DNA from: Patescibacteria group bacterium
Lineage (GTDB): Bacteria > Patescibacteriota > Minisyncoccia > UBA6257 > GWB1-50-10
Assembly (NCBI GenBank): GCA_038065455.1
Contig: JBBTQX010000008.1
Location: 1-64,000 of the forward strand
Direction: 5' to 3'
DNA length: 64,000 nucleotides
The position numbers and the translations under genes are program-made. The notes beneath the pieces were generated by a model. The model was given only the letters and a program-made list of their open reading frames with translations. It was not told where the DNA came from and searched no databases. Positions 28,386 to 37,956 of this stretch are shown here, piece after piece (position 1 is the stretch's first letter; each line of letters begins with the position of its first letter).

Positions 28386-28666
28386 TCCCGTTAGAGACAT
28401 TTCTATGTATTACAATTACGTTTTAAGAAGCAAAAAAGATGGGAAATGGTATACTGGCTACACGAATGATCTACGGAAGCGCTTTAGCCAGCACAATAGC
28501 GATAAATTCCCTCAATGGACCAAAAATCGGGGTCCTTTTGAAATCATATACTATGAAGCCTGCAAAGATCTGCAAGATGCAAGGTCGAGGGAATATTATC
28601 TAAAAACAGGAATGGGTAAACGTTATATCAAAAATAGGTTAAAGCGCTTCCTGTCTCTAACGGGAT
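28385..28666 (+). mobile_element. Minimal putative mobile element: GIY-YIG gene between 15-bp perfect inverted repeats
   Basis: ATCCCGTTAGAGACA (28385-28399) / TGTCTCTAACGGGAT (28652-28666); ATGAT directly repeated at both ends. Confidence 0.75.
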
Positions 28667-28668
28667 GA
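28405..28668 (+). CDS. Small GIY-YIG nuclease
   Basis: YNYVL...WYTGYT.DL..R...HN, YYEA, A..RE..LK. Confidence 0.92.
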   Translation: MYYNYVLRSKKDGKWYTGYTNDLRKRFSQHNSDKFPQWTKNRGPFEIIYYEACKDLQDARSREYYLKTGMGKRYIKNRLKRFLSLTG

Positions 28669-29261
28669 TTCCGAAACCGATAAAGAAATTCATCGATGCC
28701 TTTTCCCAACTGCCCGCTCTGGGGCCGCGCCAGGCCACCCGGCTTGCTTTCTATCTCACTTCCCTTCCCAAAGCGACGCTCCACGAATTGGAAATGTCGC
28801 TTAAGGGACTGAAGGATTTGGGCCGATGTGAACGGTGCTTTTTTCTCAAAGAGAATGAATTAAAAGTTTGTCGGATTTGCGGCGACCCCAAGCGGGATAA
28901 GGAAATAATCGCGATTATCGAGAAAGAAACGGATCTGCTTTCGCTCGAAAAGCTCGGCGCCTATACCGGCCACTACTTCATTTTGGGAAAACTGGCCGAA
29001 AAGGGCGTGCTCGAGATCGCCCAAAAACTAAGACTGGAACATTTGAAATCACGGATAAAAAGCGAGGGTGGTATCATAAAAGAGTTGATTATCGCCCTTA
29101 ATCCCAGTGCCATCGGGGATTTCACCGCCGATATGATAAAGCGGGAATTCAGAGAATTAGCCGGTAAGATTACCCGCTTGAGCCGCGGACTCCCGACCGG
29201 CGGAGAGATAGAGTTCGCCGACGAAAGTACGCTCGAAAGCTCGTTTGAGCATAGAGAATAA
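28665..29261 (+). CDS. recR: Recombination mediator RecR
   Basis: LPALGPRQATRLAF, C4 Zn finger, Toprim, GLPTGGEIEFAD. Confidence 0.93.
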   Translation: MIPKPIKKFIDAFSQLPALGPRQATRLAFYLTSLPKATLHELEMSLKGLKDLGRCERCFFLKENELKVCRICGDPKRDKEIIAIIEKETDLLSLEKLGAYTGHYFILGKLAEKGVLEIAQKLRLEHLKSRIKSEGGIIKELIIALNPSAIGDFTADMIKREFRELAGKITRLSRGLPTGGEIEFADESTLESSFEHRE

Positions 29262-29286
29262 TAAAAACTCCCCGAATTGGGGATTT

Positions 29287-29598
29287 TTATTTAATTTCTT
29301 TTATCTTAAGTTCCGTGAAAGGCTGGCGGTGCGTCTTGAATTTCCGGTATCTCGTTTTGGAGTGATAACGGAAGATTATCTTTTTGTCGTCGCGAACCTG
29401 GCCTAAAATCTCCGTCTCAACCGCCGCCCCCTTCACAAAAGGCGCGCCGATTTCGATTTTATCGCCTTCCGCTTTGAGAAGAATTTCGTTGAATTTCAAA
29501 GCGTCGCCGGCCACCCCAGCCAGTTTTTCAACCCTGACTTTATCGCCTTCTTTCACCTTATATTGCTTGCCTCCGGTTTGAATGACTGCGAATTTCAT
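29287..29598 (-). CDS. rplU: 50S ribosomal protein L21
   Basis: AVIQTGGKQYKV, HRQPFT. Confidence 0.97.
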   Translation of the reverse strand: MKFAVIQTGGKQYKVKEGDKVRVEKLAGVAGDALKFNEILLKAEGDKIEIGAPFVKGAAVETEILGQVRDDKKIIFRYHSKTRYRKFKTHRQPFTELKIKEIK

Positions 29599-29677
29599 AA
29601 CTTCCTAAAGATACCAAACCCCCTAAAAAAAATCCAGCCCTTTGCGGGGCCGGATATTTTTCCTCCAAAAGAAGAAA

Positions 29678-30358
29678 TTAGTGCTCGGTATGCTCCCGCA
29701 ATTTGCCGATAAGGGATGCCGCGTAATCCTTGCCGCCCAAGCCGAAGGCCAAGCCAAAAGCCAAAGCGAGCATCGCGATCAAACCCGTTATCAAAGCATT
29801 CACCACCGCCACAGCGATTCCCAACTGGGAGAAAGCCGCGAGCAAACCAAAGATTATGACTGCCCACCACGTAAGCGAAGCTAAAAACCCGGCGCCATGC
29901 AAATGAGCGCTTTTTACCGAAGCGCGCACCACGTTGCGCAAGAAATGGCCGATTACGAAAGCGGCAAGCATAATCAATACCGCCACGATTACATTCGGAA
30001 TATATATCAGAATATCTCTCAAAAAACCGGAAAGCGAGTAGAAACCCAGAATGTCGGTTGCCGCCAATGCGAAAACGACGACTAGGAACCAATAAACCAG
30101 TTTCCGAAAGAATTTTCCGCTATTTACGGTCATATTGGCGCGTTCAAAATACTCCTGAAGTCCGAGACTCACGAGCAACTTGTCCAATTTGATAAAGTTG
30201 ACTAGTTTCTCCACGAGCGCTCCAATACCAGCCGCCACAATCAATCCGATAATAAGGATGACTAAAGCGCCTACTATGCTCGCGAGAGTGCTGATGAAAC
30301 CGAACCAAAGATTCTGCATAGAACCCACTACGACCGAAGCCCAATCTTGAATGAACAT
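29678..30358 (-). CDS. TM-helix repeat membrane protein (CmpX/MscS-like TM region)
   Basis: Repeated TM helices, YIPNVIVA, LAFGLGGKD. Confidence 0.8.
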   Translation of the reverse strand: MFIQDWASVVVGSMQNLWFGFISTLASIVGALVILIIGLIVAAGIGALVEKLVNFIKLDKLLVSLGLQEYFERANMTVNSGKFFRKLVYWFLVVVFALAATDILGFYSLSGFLRDILIYIPNVIVAVLIMLAAFVIGHFLRNVVRASVKSAHLHGAGFLASLTWWAVIIFGLLAAFSQLGIAVAVVNALITGLIAMLALAFGLAFGLGGKDYAASLIGKLREHTEH

Positions 30359-30479
30359 AATTTAGATTTAATTTAAATACCGACCTTTATTTGATACGTG
30401 AAGTTATTATAGCAAAAAAGCCCTATTGAAGCTATAAAAATATCGGAAGGTGTCTTGAGCGGGGGTCGGGGTTTTCGTT

Positions 30480-30553
30480 TGGTGGACCTGGGGGGAATCG
30501 AACCCCCGACTCGGCAATGCGAATGCCGCGTAATACCACTTTACTACAGGCCC
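30480..30553 (-). tRNA. tRNA-Ala(CGC)
   Basis: Cloverleaf, G3:U70, anticodon loop TTCGCAT, encoded CCA. Confidence 0.92.
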
Positions 30554-30589
30554 ATAAGGAACAGGGGAAATCCCGGCTCCAATATTTTG

Positions 30590-30660
30590 TCGGGATGCCG
30601 GGAATTGAACCCGGTCTACACGCACCCGAAGCGTGCGTACTACCGACATACTCCATCCCG
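30590..30660 (-). tRNA. tRNA-Pro(CGG)
   Basis: CGGGATG/CATCCCG acceptor, loop TTCGGGT, GGTTCAATTCC. Confidence 0.9.
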
Positions 30661-30673
30661 AAGTTTCCTTATG

Positions 30674-31117
30674 CTACTCCTTGCTTACTTTCTTTTCAAT
30701 CGTTTCCAGCCTGTCGGATATCTTATGGAGTTCCTTATGAATCAAAGAAAGAGAGCCCGCTTCTTCCGTCACCTCTTCCTCTGTTTTCTCGGCTACCTTC
30801 TTCTCGTGCTTGATGCCGGAAATGATTATATGATCGCCGATGAAACTCGCGACGAAGAGCCCGGTTATAAGAAGAATAATCACGCCGACAACCAAAGAAA
30901 TAAATCCATCCAGGAAAAAAGGATAATCAATGGTGCCGAGAACGGCCTCCGAGCCGCCGCGGATATAGTAGGCGGAAAGAAAATCGGCTGTGTGCCATAT
31001 GCCCCGCCAGACAAGCACGGTTCCTATTCCCCCTATCACGCCGTAAAAAATGGGGTGATGACTCAAGAAACCCCGGACCTTATCTTCAAGCTTGTCGAAA
31101 AATTTGATGATTTTCAT
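30674..31117 (-). CDS. Hypothetical membrane protein
   Basis: Two TM helices and C-terminal coiled coil. Confidence 0.75.
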   Translation of the reverse strand: MKIIKFFDKLEDKVRGFLSHHPIFYGVIGGIGTVLVWRGIWHTADFLSAYYIRGGSEAVLGTIDYPFFLDGFISLVVGVIILLITGLFVASFIGDHIIISGIKHEKKVAEKTEEEVTEEAGSLSLIHKELHKISDRLETIEKKVSKE

Positions 31118-31118
31118 A

Positions 31119-32594
31119 TTACTTCACATAATACTTGCTCTTCATCTTCTCTTCAACTCCGGACTCGAACTCTTCTTTGGTTTCTTTGGCTTTTTTCGCC
31201 ATTTCATCGAGCACCTTATCCGAAAGACTGCCTAAATCTTCCACGCGCGTTTTTAGATATTCCTTGTCGTTCTTCTTCGGCTCATCGAGCACCTCTTCGA
31301 GAAGAATGCCAAGAATCTTGCCGATCTTGGGGCACGGCTCGATTTTCAATATTTTCATAACATCATCTCCCCGCACTTTGAGCAATTTGGGATGGATTGG
31401 ATCGTGTTTCACTTTTTCTATCATAAAAAGGAGATGGCGGAGTTTGTACGGAAAAGCCTTCGGGACGCCCGAACCGATGCGGTCCGCTTCCCGCACTTTC
31501 AAAAGGTCATCGATATTTTCCGGCCCCACTCGCGAAAGGAAGCGCCGAACGCCCGCGGCCGTCACTTCGCCGACGTTGTAGTAAAAAAGATGATTGCGGA
31601 CCAGGTGGCTCACTTTATCCACGGTCTCCTTCGAGAAGCGGAGATTATCCAGAATCTTTACCGCCATCCGCGCGCCGACCACTTCATGGTTGTAAAAAGT
31701 GGAATCAGGACCGTCGCCGCCCTTGGTCCGAGGTTTTCCCACGTCGTGCAAGAGCGAAGCAAGCCGAACGATAAACGAATAGTTTTTTTCGGCGGTGTAG
31801 TTCAAGGCCCGCACGTTATGGTCGAAAACCGTATAGATATGGTGCTTATTCTGCCCGCAACCGATTCCCTCCCGAAGCTCCGGCATAATATGCTTCAAAA
31901 GGCCGGTATCCTCCAGAAGGATTATCCCTTCGGCCGCTCGGGGCGCCATAATTATTTTGGCGAGCTCATCTTGAATGCGCTCCTTTGCAATCATCTGGAG
32001 CAGGCCGCTCTGATTTTTCACGGCTTTGAGCGTCGCTTCATCTATGCCGAAACCGAGCTCGACGGAAAATCTCACCACGCGCATCAAACGCAAGGCGTCT
32101 TCTTCGAAGCGCTTGTCGGGATTGCCCACGGTCTTCACGATTTTATCCTTCAAATCTTTCTGGCCGCCGTAAGGATCAATAATATTCTTCTCTTCCACGC
32201 CGAGCGCCATCGCGTTAACGGTAAAGTCGCGCCGGCCCAAATCCTCCTCGATGGTTTTTGCGAACTTCACTTCGTCGGGATGCCGCTTATCGCTATACTT
32301 CCCTTCCAGCCGGAAGGTGGTCACCTCCACGATTTTCAGCTTCTCATCCTTGGAATCGGTTTTTACGCCTACTGTGCCAAAACTGTTCTCATAAACGCTG
32401 TCGGAAAATATTTTTTGCACCTCCGCCGGCGTCGCATCCGTCGCGATATCCCAATCCTTTGGTTCGACAAGCTCACCATGAACGGTTCTACGCAAAAGGT
32501 CGCGCACGCAGCCGCCCACCAGATAGGCCTGGTGGCCGTTTTTTTCCAGCTCTTTGGCGATGGTTTTCGCTTCCTTGGGAATCTTCAGCTCCAT
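31119..32594 (-). CDS. cca: CCA tRNA nucleotidyltransferase with HD domain
   Basis: VGGCVRD, DWDIAT, RRDFTVNA, EDALR, LLHDVGK. Confidence 0.93.
   Translation of the reverse strand: MELKIPKEAKTIAKELEKNGHQAYLVGGCVRDLLRRTVHGELVEPKDWDIATDATPAEVQKIFSDSVYENSFGTVGVKTDSKDEKLKIVEVTTFRLEGKYSDKRHPDEVKFAKTIEEDLGRRDFTVNAMALGVEEKNIIDPYGGQKDLKDKIVKTVGNPDKRFEEDALRLMRVVRFSVELGFGIDEATLKAVKNQSGLLQMIAKERIQDELAKIIMAPRAAEGIILLEDTGLLKHIMPELREGIGCGQNKHHIYTVFDHNVRALNYTAEKNYSFIVRLASLLHDVGKPRTKGGDGPDSTFYNHEVVGARMAVKILDNLRFSKETVDKVSHLVRNHLFYYNVGEVTAAGVRRFLSRVGPENIDDLLKVREADRIGSGVPKAFPYKLRHLLFMIEKVKHDPIHPKLLKVRGDDVMKILKIEPCPKIGKILGILLEEVLDEPKKNDKEYLKTRVEDLGSLSDKVLDEMAKKAKETKEEFESGVEEKMKSKYYVK
32461..32491. repeat. REP-like GTTCGACAAGCTCAC element in frame in cca; second copy at 2411-2425
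   Basis: 15-nt identity between the two sites; encodes RTVHGELVEP. Confidence 0.65.
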
Positions 32595-32678
32595 ACATCC
32601 ATTCTAAGCGACCTTGAAAGATTTTCCCAATGGGCGGTTTATATTTTTTTAAAGCCGGGATACAATCATTATTGAAAC

Positions 32679-32750
32679 GCCCTCATGGTGAAATGGATAT
32701 CACGTCAGGCTTCGAACCTGAAACTCTAGGTTCAATTCCTAGTGAGGGCA
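32679..32750 (+). tRNA. tRNA-Arg(TCG)
   Basis: Cloverleaf, TCAGG-CTTCGAA-CCTGA. Confidence 0.9.
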
Positions 32751-33022
32751 CACTTCGAAAATCTCAGTGCGGGCAAAACAATGAAGTTACCGAAAACATC
32801 AAATCTTTCCGTCCACAAAGCAAGAAATGGTCTTGGGGTATTTACAAGAAGACAATTCAATAGTGGAACTATAAAAATACGCGTTAGCAAAAGAACAGAT
32901 ATGAGACACAGGATTTTTGGATGGATAAAAGCGTCTTTACAAGACATGAAACCGAAAGTAGAATTAAAACAAAATAAATGGATGAGGCTGACTGAGAATC
33001 AGCGTCCTCCTGCAAATTTATA

Positions 33023-33095
33023 GCCCTCATAGCTCAGTTGGTAGAGCAGCTGCCTCTTAAGCAAATGGTCCCAGGTTCGAATCCTGGTGGGGGCA
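33023..33095 (+). tRNA. tRNA-Lys(CTT)
   Basis: Canonical D and T loops, loop CTCTTAA; weak upper anticodon stem. Confidence 0.9.
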
Positions 33096-33098
33096 CAA

Positions 33099-33725
33099 TC
33101 AGCCGCGAGGTTTCTTCCACTCCGTAATCTTCCCCGCTTTTATTTCTATCTTATCCGCCGGACGGAGATCCCGAATCGTTTTTTTATCCAAGACACTGAA
33201 ATGTTTTGAGGCCATAAAGTCATCAAAGAGCTTCCATAAGTTCTTTTTTGAAACTAGCCAATCGCTCCCGTATTTGGACAAACCGAACGGGGCGGAGTAG
33301 CTCCGCATGGTCTTCTTGCCGCTGTCCAAGAAATATTCGTTGAAGTAGGACATCGCGAGCTCCCGAACGGAAGTATAGACCGGGTCGCGGTAACGCAAAA
33401 CGGCATGATTGGTCTTGGTTAACGCGCCCCAACGACCTCTGCGTTTAAAGATCGCGAGAACGTGGCCGTAATCGTCATCCGTAGTCCTTAAATTCAAAAG
33501 AATAGGTGGTTCGCCGTTGTGCCACAAGACGGCCGCCGCCAAGAGCGCTCCCTCCATACAATGGGCTTCTTTATTCTTCAGAACCTGGAGCGGCGACCGG
33601 CACGTTCGCTTCCCCACCTCGAAGTTTATCGGAATTCCGTTGACGAAATCCTGGATTTTGGCAGGAGTATTCATTTTTTTAAAAACGGAGAATTCTTTTT
33701 TCAGCGAAATGGGAAACTTCTTCAT
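33099..33725 (-). CDS. Conserved hypothetical protein, transglutaminase/papain-like triad
   Basis: AHCMEGALLAAA, GHVLAIF, WGA..K.N...LRYRDP. Confidence 0.75.
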   Translation of the reverse strand: MKKFPISLKKEFSVFKKMNTPAKIQDFVNGIPINFEVGKRTCRSPLQVLKNKEAHCMEGALLAAAVLWHNGEPPILLNLRTTDDDYGHVLAIFKRRGRWGALTKTNHAVLRYRDPVYTSVRELAMSYFNEYFLDSGKKTMRSYSAPFGLSKYGSDWLVSKKNLWKLFDDFMASKHFSVLDKKTIRDLRPADKIEIKAGKITEWKKPRG

Positions 33726-33792
33726 ATAACAATGATAACAAAGCCGCGCTAAAGATGGGGAAAATACCAAAAATCGGGTATAATATGCGGCA

Positions 33793-35919
33793 ATGTTAGA
33801 CTTTCACACGCCTCTCGCCGAAGTGAACGGCATCGGCCAGAATTTCATCGCGAAACTGAAGAGGATGGGCATTTCGACGGCGGGCGAACTTCTATCCCAT
33901 TTTCCCGCTCGCTACGAAGATTTTTCGCAAATCTACAATATCGCCGATTTAATCCCCAATCAGGAAGCGACCATCCGGGGGCAAGTGGAAGAAATCGAGG
34001 GTCGCCGCGCCTGGCATCGCCGGAATCTCCACATCACCGAATGCCTTATTACCGACGATACCGGTTCCATTAAAGCCGTCTGGTTCAATCAACCCTATAT
34101 CAAAAATACTCTTCAGCCGGGGCGTCTGGCGAATTTCTCGGGCAAAGTGTCGAAAAGCAAGGACGGAGATATCCATCTTTCAAGCCCCACTTACGAAGTG
34201 ATAACCAATGACCGAATGGACACAAAGCACACGGCGAGGATTGTCGGCATTTATCCCGAAACCCGCGGCCTCACTTCCAAAGGCATCCGTTATCTCATAA
34301 AACCCCTACTGGAAAACCTGGAAGAAATTCCCGACCCCTTGCCGAAAGATATTTTAAAAAAATGGGATTTAATCGGAATAAACCGCGCCTTCAGCCAAAT
34401 CCATTTTCCCGAAAAATTGGAAGACGCGTTTGAGGCGAAAAAACGCTTTGCTTTCGAGGACTTATTCCTACTCCAGATTTACAACCTGAAACAGAAGAGT
34501 GCGCTTGCTCGGAAAAAAGCGCCCAGCGTGGCGACTGATATTCTTTTTATCAAAGATATCCTGAATCATCTTCCTTTTACCCTAACCCTTTCGCAGAAAA
34601 AATCTCTTTGGGAAATCGTTCAAGATACGGCGAAAGGCCAACCGATGAACCGCTTGCTTCAAGGAGACGTCGGCTCGGGAAAGACGGTGATAGCCGCGAT
34701 TGCCGCTCTGAATGCCGCTCATCAAAACTATCAAACGGCACTTATGGCGCCCACCGAAATACTCGCCCGCCAGCATTTCAATACCTTCATCAGATTTTTT
34801 CCGGAATTCGACGGCGGCGTGGCGCTCATAACCGCAAGCAAACGGGAAGTCTTTTACGGCCACGGCCTCGCGGCCGAGCTCAAGAAAAAACAGGCCGAGG
34901 AAGAAGTTCGAAGCGGGAAAATAAAAATAATCGTCGGGACGCACGCGCTTATCCAAAAGGGGCTGGATTTCAAATCGCTGGCACTCGTTATCGTGGACGA
35001 ACAGCACCGTTTCGGCGTAAACCAAAGAGCGGAGCTCCTGAATAGGAATGGGGCGTTAACACCCCATTTTCTCTCAATGTCCGCCACCCCCATTCCCCGC
35101 ACTCTTTCCTTGACCATCTTCGGCGACCTTGATCTCTCCATAATCACCGAGATGCCGAAAGATCGGAAGCCCATCGTCACCAAATCGGTTGATCCAAAAG
35201 AAAGAACGGCGACCTACCAATTTATTCGCGGGGAGATCAAAAAAGGACGACAGGTTTTCGTTGTTTGCCCGCGCATCGAGCCGAACGAAAAGATTGAAGC
35301 TCCGATCACGAGATTGGAGTGGCAAAAACTAGAGTTGAAATCCGTAAAAGAGGAGTACGAAAAATTATCGAAGAAGGTTTTCCCTGATCTCAAGATCCTC
35401 ATGCTCCACGGCAAGATGAAGGCGACGGAGAAAGAAAAAGTGATGCGCGATTTTTTAGAAAAACGCGGCGATATTTTGGTAACGACATCCGTCGTCGAGG
35501 TCGGCGTGGATGTGCCGAACGCGACCGTCATGATGATTGAGGGCGCCGACCGTTTCGGCCTGGCCCAGCTTTACCAGTTCCGCGGCCGGGTCGGCCGGAG
35601 CGAGCACCAATCCTACTGCTTTCTCTTCACCGATTCATCGTCCAGAACCACCAAACAAAGAATGAAATCTATTGTTGAGGCTAAGAACGGCTTTGAATTG
35701 GCTGAAAAAGACCTAAAAACACGGGGCCCCGGCGAGTTCTTCGGTCAGACCCAATCCGGAATGCCGGATCTGGCGATGATTGCCATCCAAAATCCGGAGA
35801 TGGTTAAGGAATCCCGGGAAGCGGCGGTTAGGATAATCAAAGCAGATCCGGCGCTAAAGAAAAATCCGGGGCTTGCCCGGAAGATGACTGAATTCCAAAA
35901 GCAAATTCACTGGGAGTAA
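33793..35919 (+). CDS. recG: ATP-dependent DNA helicase RecG
   Basis: QGDVGSGKT, DEQHRFG, SATPIPR, RGRVGR, RGPGE. Confidence 0.97.
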   Translation: MLDFHTPLAEVNGIGQNFIAKLKRMGISTAGELLSHFPARYEDFSQIYNIADLIPNQEATIRGQVEEIEGRRAWHRRNLHITECLITDDTGSIKAVWFNQPYIKNTLQPGRLANFSGKVSKSKDGDIHLSSPTYEVITNDRMDTKHTARIVGIYPETRGLTSKGIRYLIKPLLENLEEIPDPLPKDILKKWDLIGINRAFSQIHFPEKLEDAFEAKKRFAFEDLFLLQIYNLKQKSALARKKAPSVATDILFIKDILNHLPFTLTLSQKKSLWEIVQDTAKGQPMNRLLQGDVGSGKTVIAAIAALNAAHQNYQTALMAPTEILARQHFNTFIRFFPEFDGGVALITASKREVFYGHGLAAELKKKQAEEEVRSGKIKIIVGTHALIQKGLDFKSLALVIVDEQHRFGVNQRAELLNRNGALTPHFLSMSATPIPRTLSLTIFGDLDLSIITEMPKDRKPIVTKSVDPKERTATYQFIRGEIKKGRQVFVVCPRIEPNEKIEAPITRLEWQKLELKSVKEEYEKLSKKVFPDLKILMLHGKMKATEKEKVMRDFLEKRGDILVTTSVVEVGVDVPNATVMMIEGADRFGLAQLYQFRGRVGRSEHQSYCFLFTDSSSRTTKQRMKSIVEAKNGFELAEKDLKTRGPGEFFGQTQSGMPDLAMIAIQNPEMVKESREAAVRIIKADPALKKNPGLARKMTEFQKQIHWE

Positions 35920-35920
35920 T

Positions 35921-35952
35921 AATAGGTGGTGTCTTCAAAGACACCACCTATT
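35921..35952. terminator. 15-bp-stem palindrome between convergent recG and pheS
   Basis: AATAGGTGGTGTCTT-CA-AAGACACCACCTATT. Confidence 0.7.
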
Positions 35953-35975
35953 TCATTATTCGGATTTATTTCAAT

Positions 35976-37115
35976 CTAACGGACTTCTGCCTTGAACTGC
36001 TTTTTCGTTTCTTCAATAATCTTGTTCTGAATGGGTGTAATTTCTTCCAGAGTCAGCGTGCGCTCGTTGGAACGATAAACAATGCGGTAGGTATAGCTCA
36101 TCTTCCCCGCGCCGAATTTAGCCGCGTTCTCATATTTGTCCAAAAGCGAAACCTGCTCCACCAAATCGCCGCCGATGTCGCGAATGAGATCAAAATAATC
36201 GTTGGGAACGAAGCCGCTGTTTACGACAAATGAGATATCCCTCGTAATGGGCGGATACTTGCTGACCTCCGTGAATTTCTTGCCGAGTTGGAGCTGTTTC
36301 GTTATGCGGGGGTCTTCCGACCATAAGAGGCGTATATCTGGCAAACTCATACTCACTATCGCCAGGCGTTCCAAACCAAAGCCGAAAGCCCAGCCGGTAT
36401 AATTGGACGAATCAACCCCGAGCTTTTCGAGCACGCTGCCCTTTACCACGCCGCAGCCGACCACCTCCACCCATTTGCCTTCTATTTCAACCTCCATTTC
36501 CAAAGACGGTTCTGTGTAAGGGAAGGTGTCTTTGTTCAGGCGATATTTGACGTTCGGCCCGAATACCGCGATTGCGATATTGCCCAGAGCTTCCTCCAAT
36601 TCTTTTATCCCTATCGTTTTTAACGATTTGGGCGCCAGATACCAGCCGTCGATTTGGTGGAAAACGTTCATATGATTCCGGTCGATTTCATCCCGGCGAT
36701 AAACTTTGCCGAAGCTGAAAGCGCCCACCGGCTCGTTTTTCGCAATTCGTTTTTTTATATCCTCGTCCAAAAGATAGTAGTACCACATAATCGTGGTGTG
36801 AGTGCGCAAAATATTCCTATCATCCACATAATACGTGTCCGAGCGGCTTCGGGCCGGATGATCGACAGGAAAATCGAACAAATCGAAGCTTATGCTCGCC
36901 GGCACGATTTCGGGAGTCTTGATTACATCCAAATCCTTGAAATACGGGCTTTTGAGTATCCGACTCACGATTTCGGCAATCGGATTCCCCTTCATCCGCG
37001 AAAGATCCGGCATATCCATGAATCTTTTCATACGCAAACCGTCCGCATCCGTTCTTTTTTGGAGCTCGGCTATCAGCATTTTCTCTTCAAGCATATCAAT
37101 TAATATTTCCGCCAT
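35976..37115 (-). CDS. pheS: Phenylalanine-tRNA ligase, alpha catalytic domain fused to FDX-ACB (monomeric/mitochondrial-type)
   Basis: HPAR..DTYY, LRTHT, FHQ, FPYTEPS, GWAFGFGLER, then SKYPPITRDISF...YRSNERTLT. Confidence 0.9.
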   Translation of the reverse strand: MAEILIDMLEEKMLIAELQKRTDADGLRMKRFMDMPDLSRMKGNPIAEIVSRILKSPYFKDLDVIKTPEIVPASISFDLFDFPVDHPARSRSDTYYVDDRNILRTHTTIMWYYYLLDEDIKKRIAKNEPVGAFSFGKVYRRDEIDRNHMNVFHQIDGWYLAPKSLKTIGIKELEEALGNIAIAVFGPNVKYRLNKDTFPYTEPSLEMEVEIEGKWVEVVGCGVVKGSVLEKLGVDSSNYTGWAFGFGLERLAIVSMSLPDIRLLWSEDPRITKQLQLGKKFTEVSKYPPITRDISFVVNSGFVPNDYFDLIRDIGGDLVEQVSLLDKYENAAKFGAGKMSYTYRIVYRSNERTLTLEEITPIQNKIIEETKKQFKAEVR

Positions 37116-37234
37116 AATTAAAACATCATACCAATTTTCTATCAAATATCAAACAACAAAAAATCTGCCGAAATGACAGACTTTTTGATTCTTGTTGCGG
37201 GGGCAGGATTTGAACCTGCAGCCTTCTGGTTATG

Positions 37235-37956
37235 CTTACCACTACAATTTTCATTGCTTCCATCCGTCAACTGACGAAGAATTTGTGGTCTGGACTATCC
37301 TTTGTTCCTAAAATAGGAACCCTACCCTCTAGTCTCTACACCTTCTCTAACACAATGTCGGAGCTTGGCTCGGGATTGTCTGTCTCATTGCTGAGATTGG
37401 GATTTCCCCGAATTTGGCAGGTTATCTTTCCAACAATTACTCATCGGAACGCCCTATGCATTTCATTTGAACACGAACTAATGGTATACTACCAGAAGAT
37501 GCCTAAATCTCTCACACGAAGCGAAAGTGTTTATAAATTCCTTAATCCTAAAGGTGATCCGTTTTCCTATAGTCCGAAAAGTAATAGATCTCTCGAAATC
37601 ATCGGATTAATTCTTTGGATAACAGAAGGTGATAAAACCCAACTTTCTCTTTCTAATGGTAATTTTTCGATTATCAAACAATACCTAACTTTTTTGAGAA
37701 AGGTATGCAAGTTAAAAGAAGAAAAAATCAAAGCTGTTATCCACTGTCATGATTCTTTATCTTACGAATCTTGTTTGTCTTATTGGTCAAAAATAACCAA
37801 TATCCCAAAGAACCGTTTTACCAAGCCATATATCAAAAAGGATCACGGTGGAGCCAGAAAATACCCCTATGGAATAATCAGGATTGCAGCAACTAATATG
37901 AAATTAATTCGTATTTTTAATGAACGCTTGAAAGATTTCGGTCTTTCAAGAAGTTG
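37235..37956 (-). ncRNA. Group I intron (IC3-like) inserted after U33
   Basis: P AAATTCGGGGAAA, Q AATCCCGAGCC, R GTGTAGAGACTAGA, S AAGGATAGTCC, terminal G. Confidence 0.88.

Noticed and set aside
26553-28400. 615-aa minus-strand ORF
   Set aside because: Antisense shadow of cysS/dnaB.
30455-32675. 301-aa and 427-aa plus-strand ORFs
   Set aside because: They overlap two tRNAs and the cca gene on the opposite strand.
32742-33023. Possible SET-domain fragment between tRNAs (GLGVFT)
   Set aside because: Only a short N-terminal resemblance; the rest is unsupported.
37232-37498. N-terminal extension of the 241-aa ORF
   Set aside because: Its ATG is the complement of the tRNA anticodon and it runs antisense through the intron core; the start near 37499 is more plausible.
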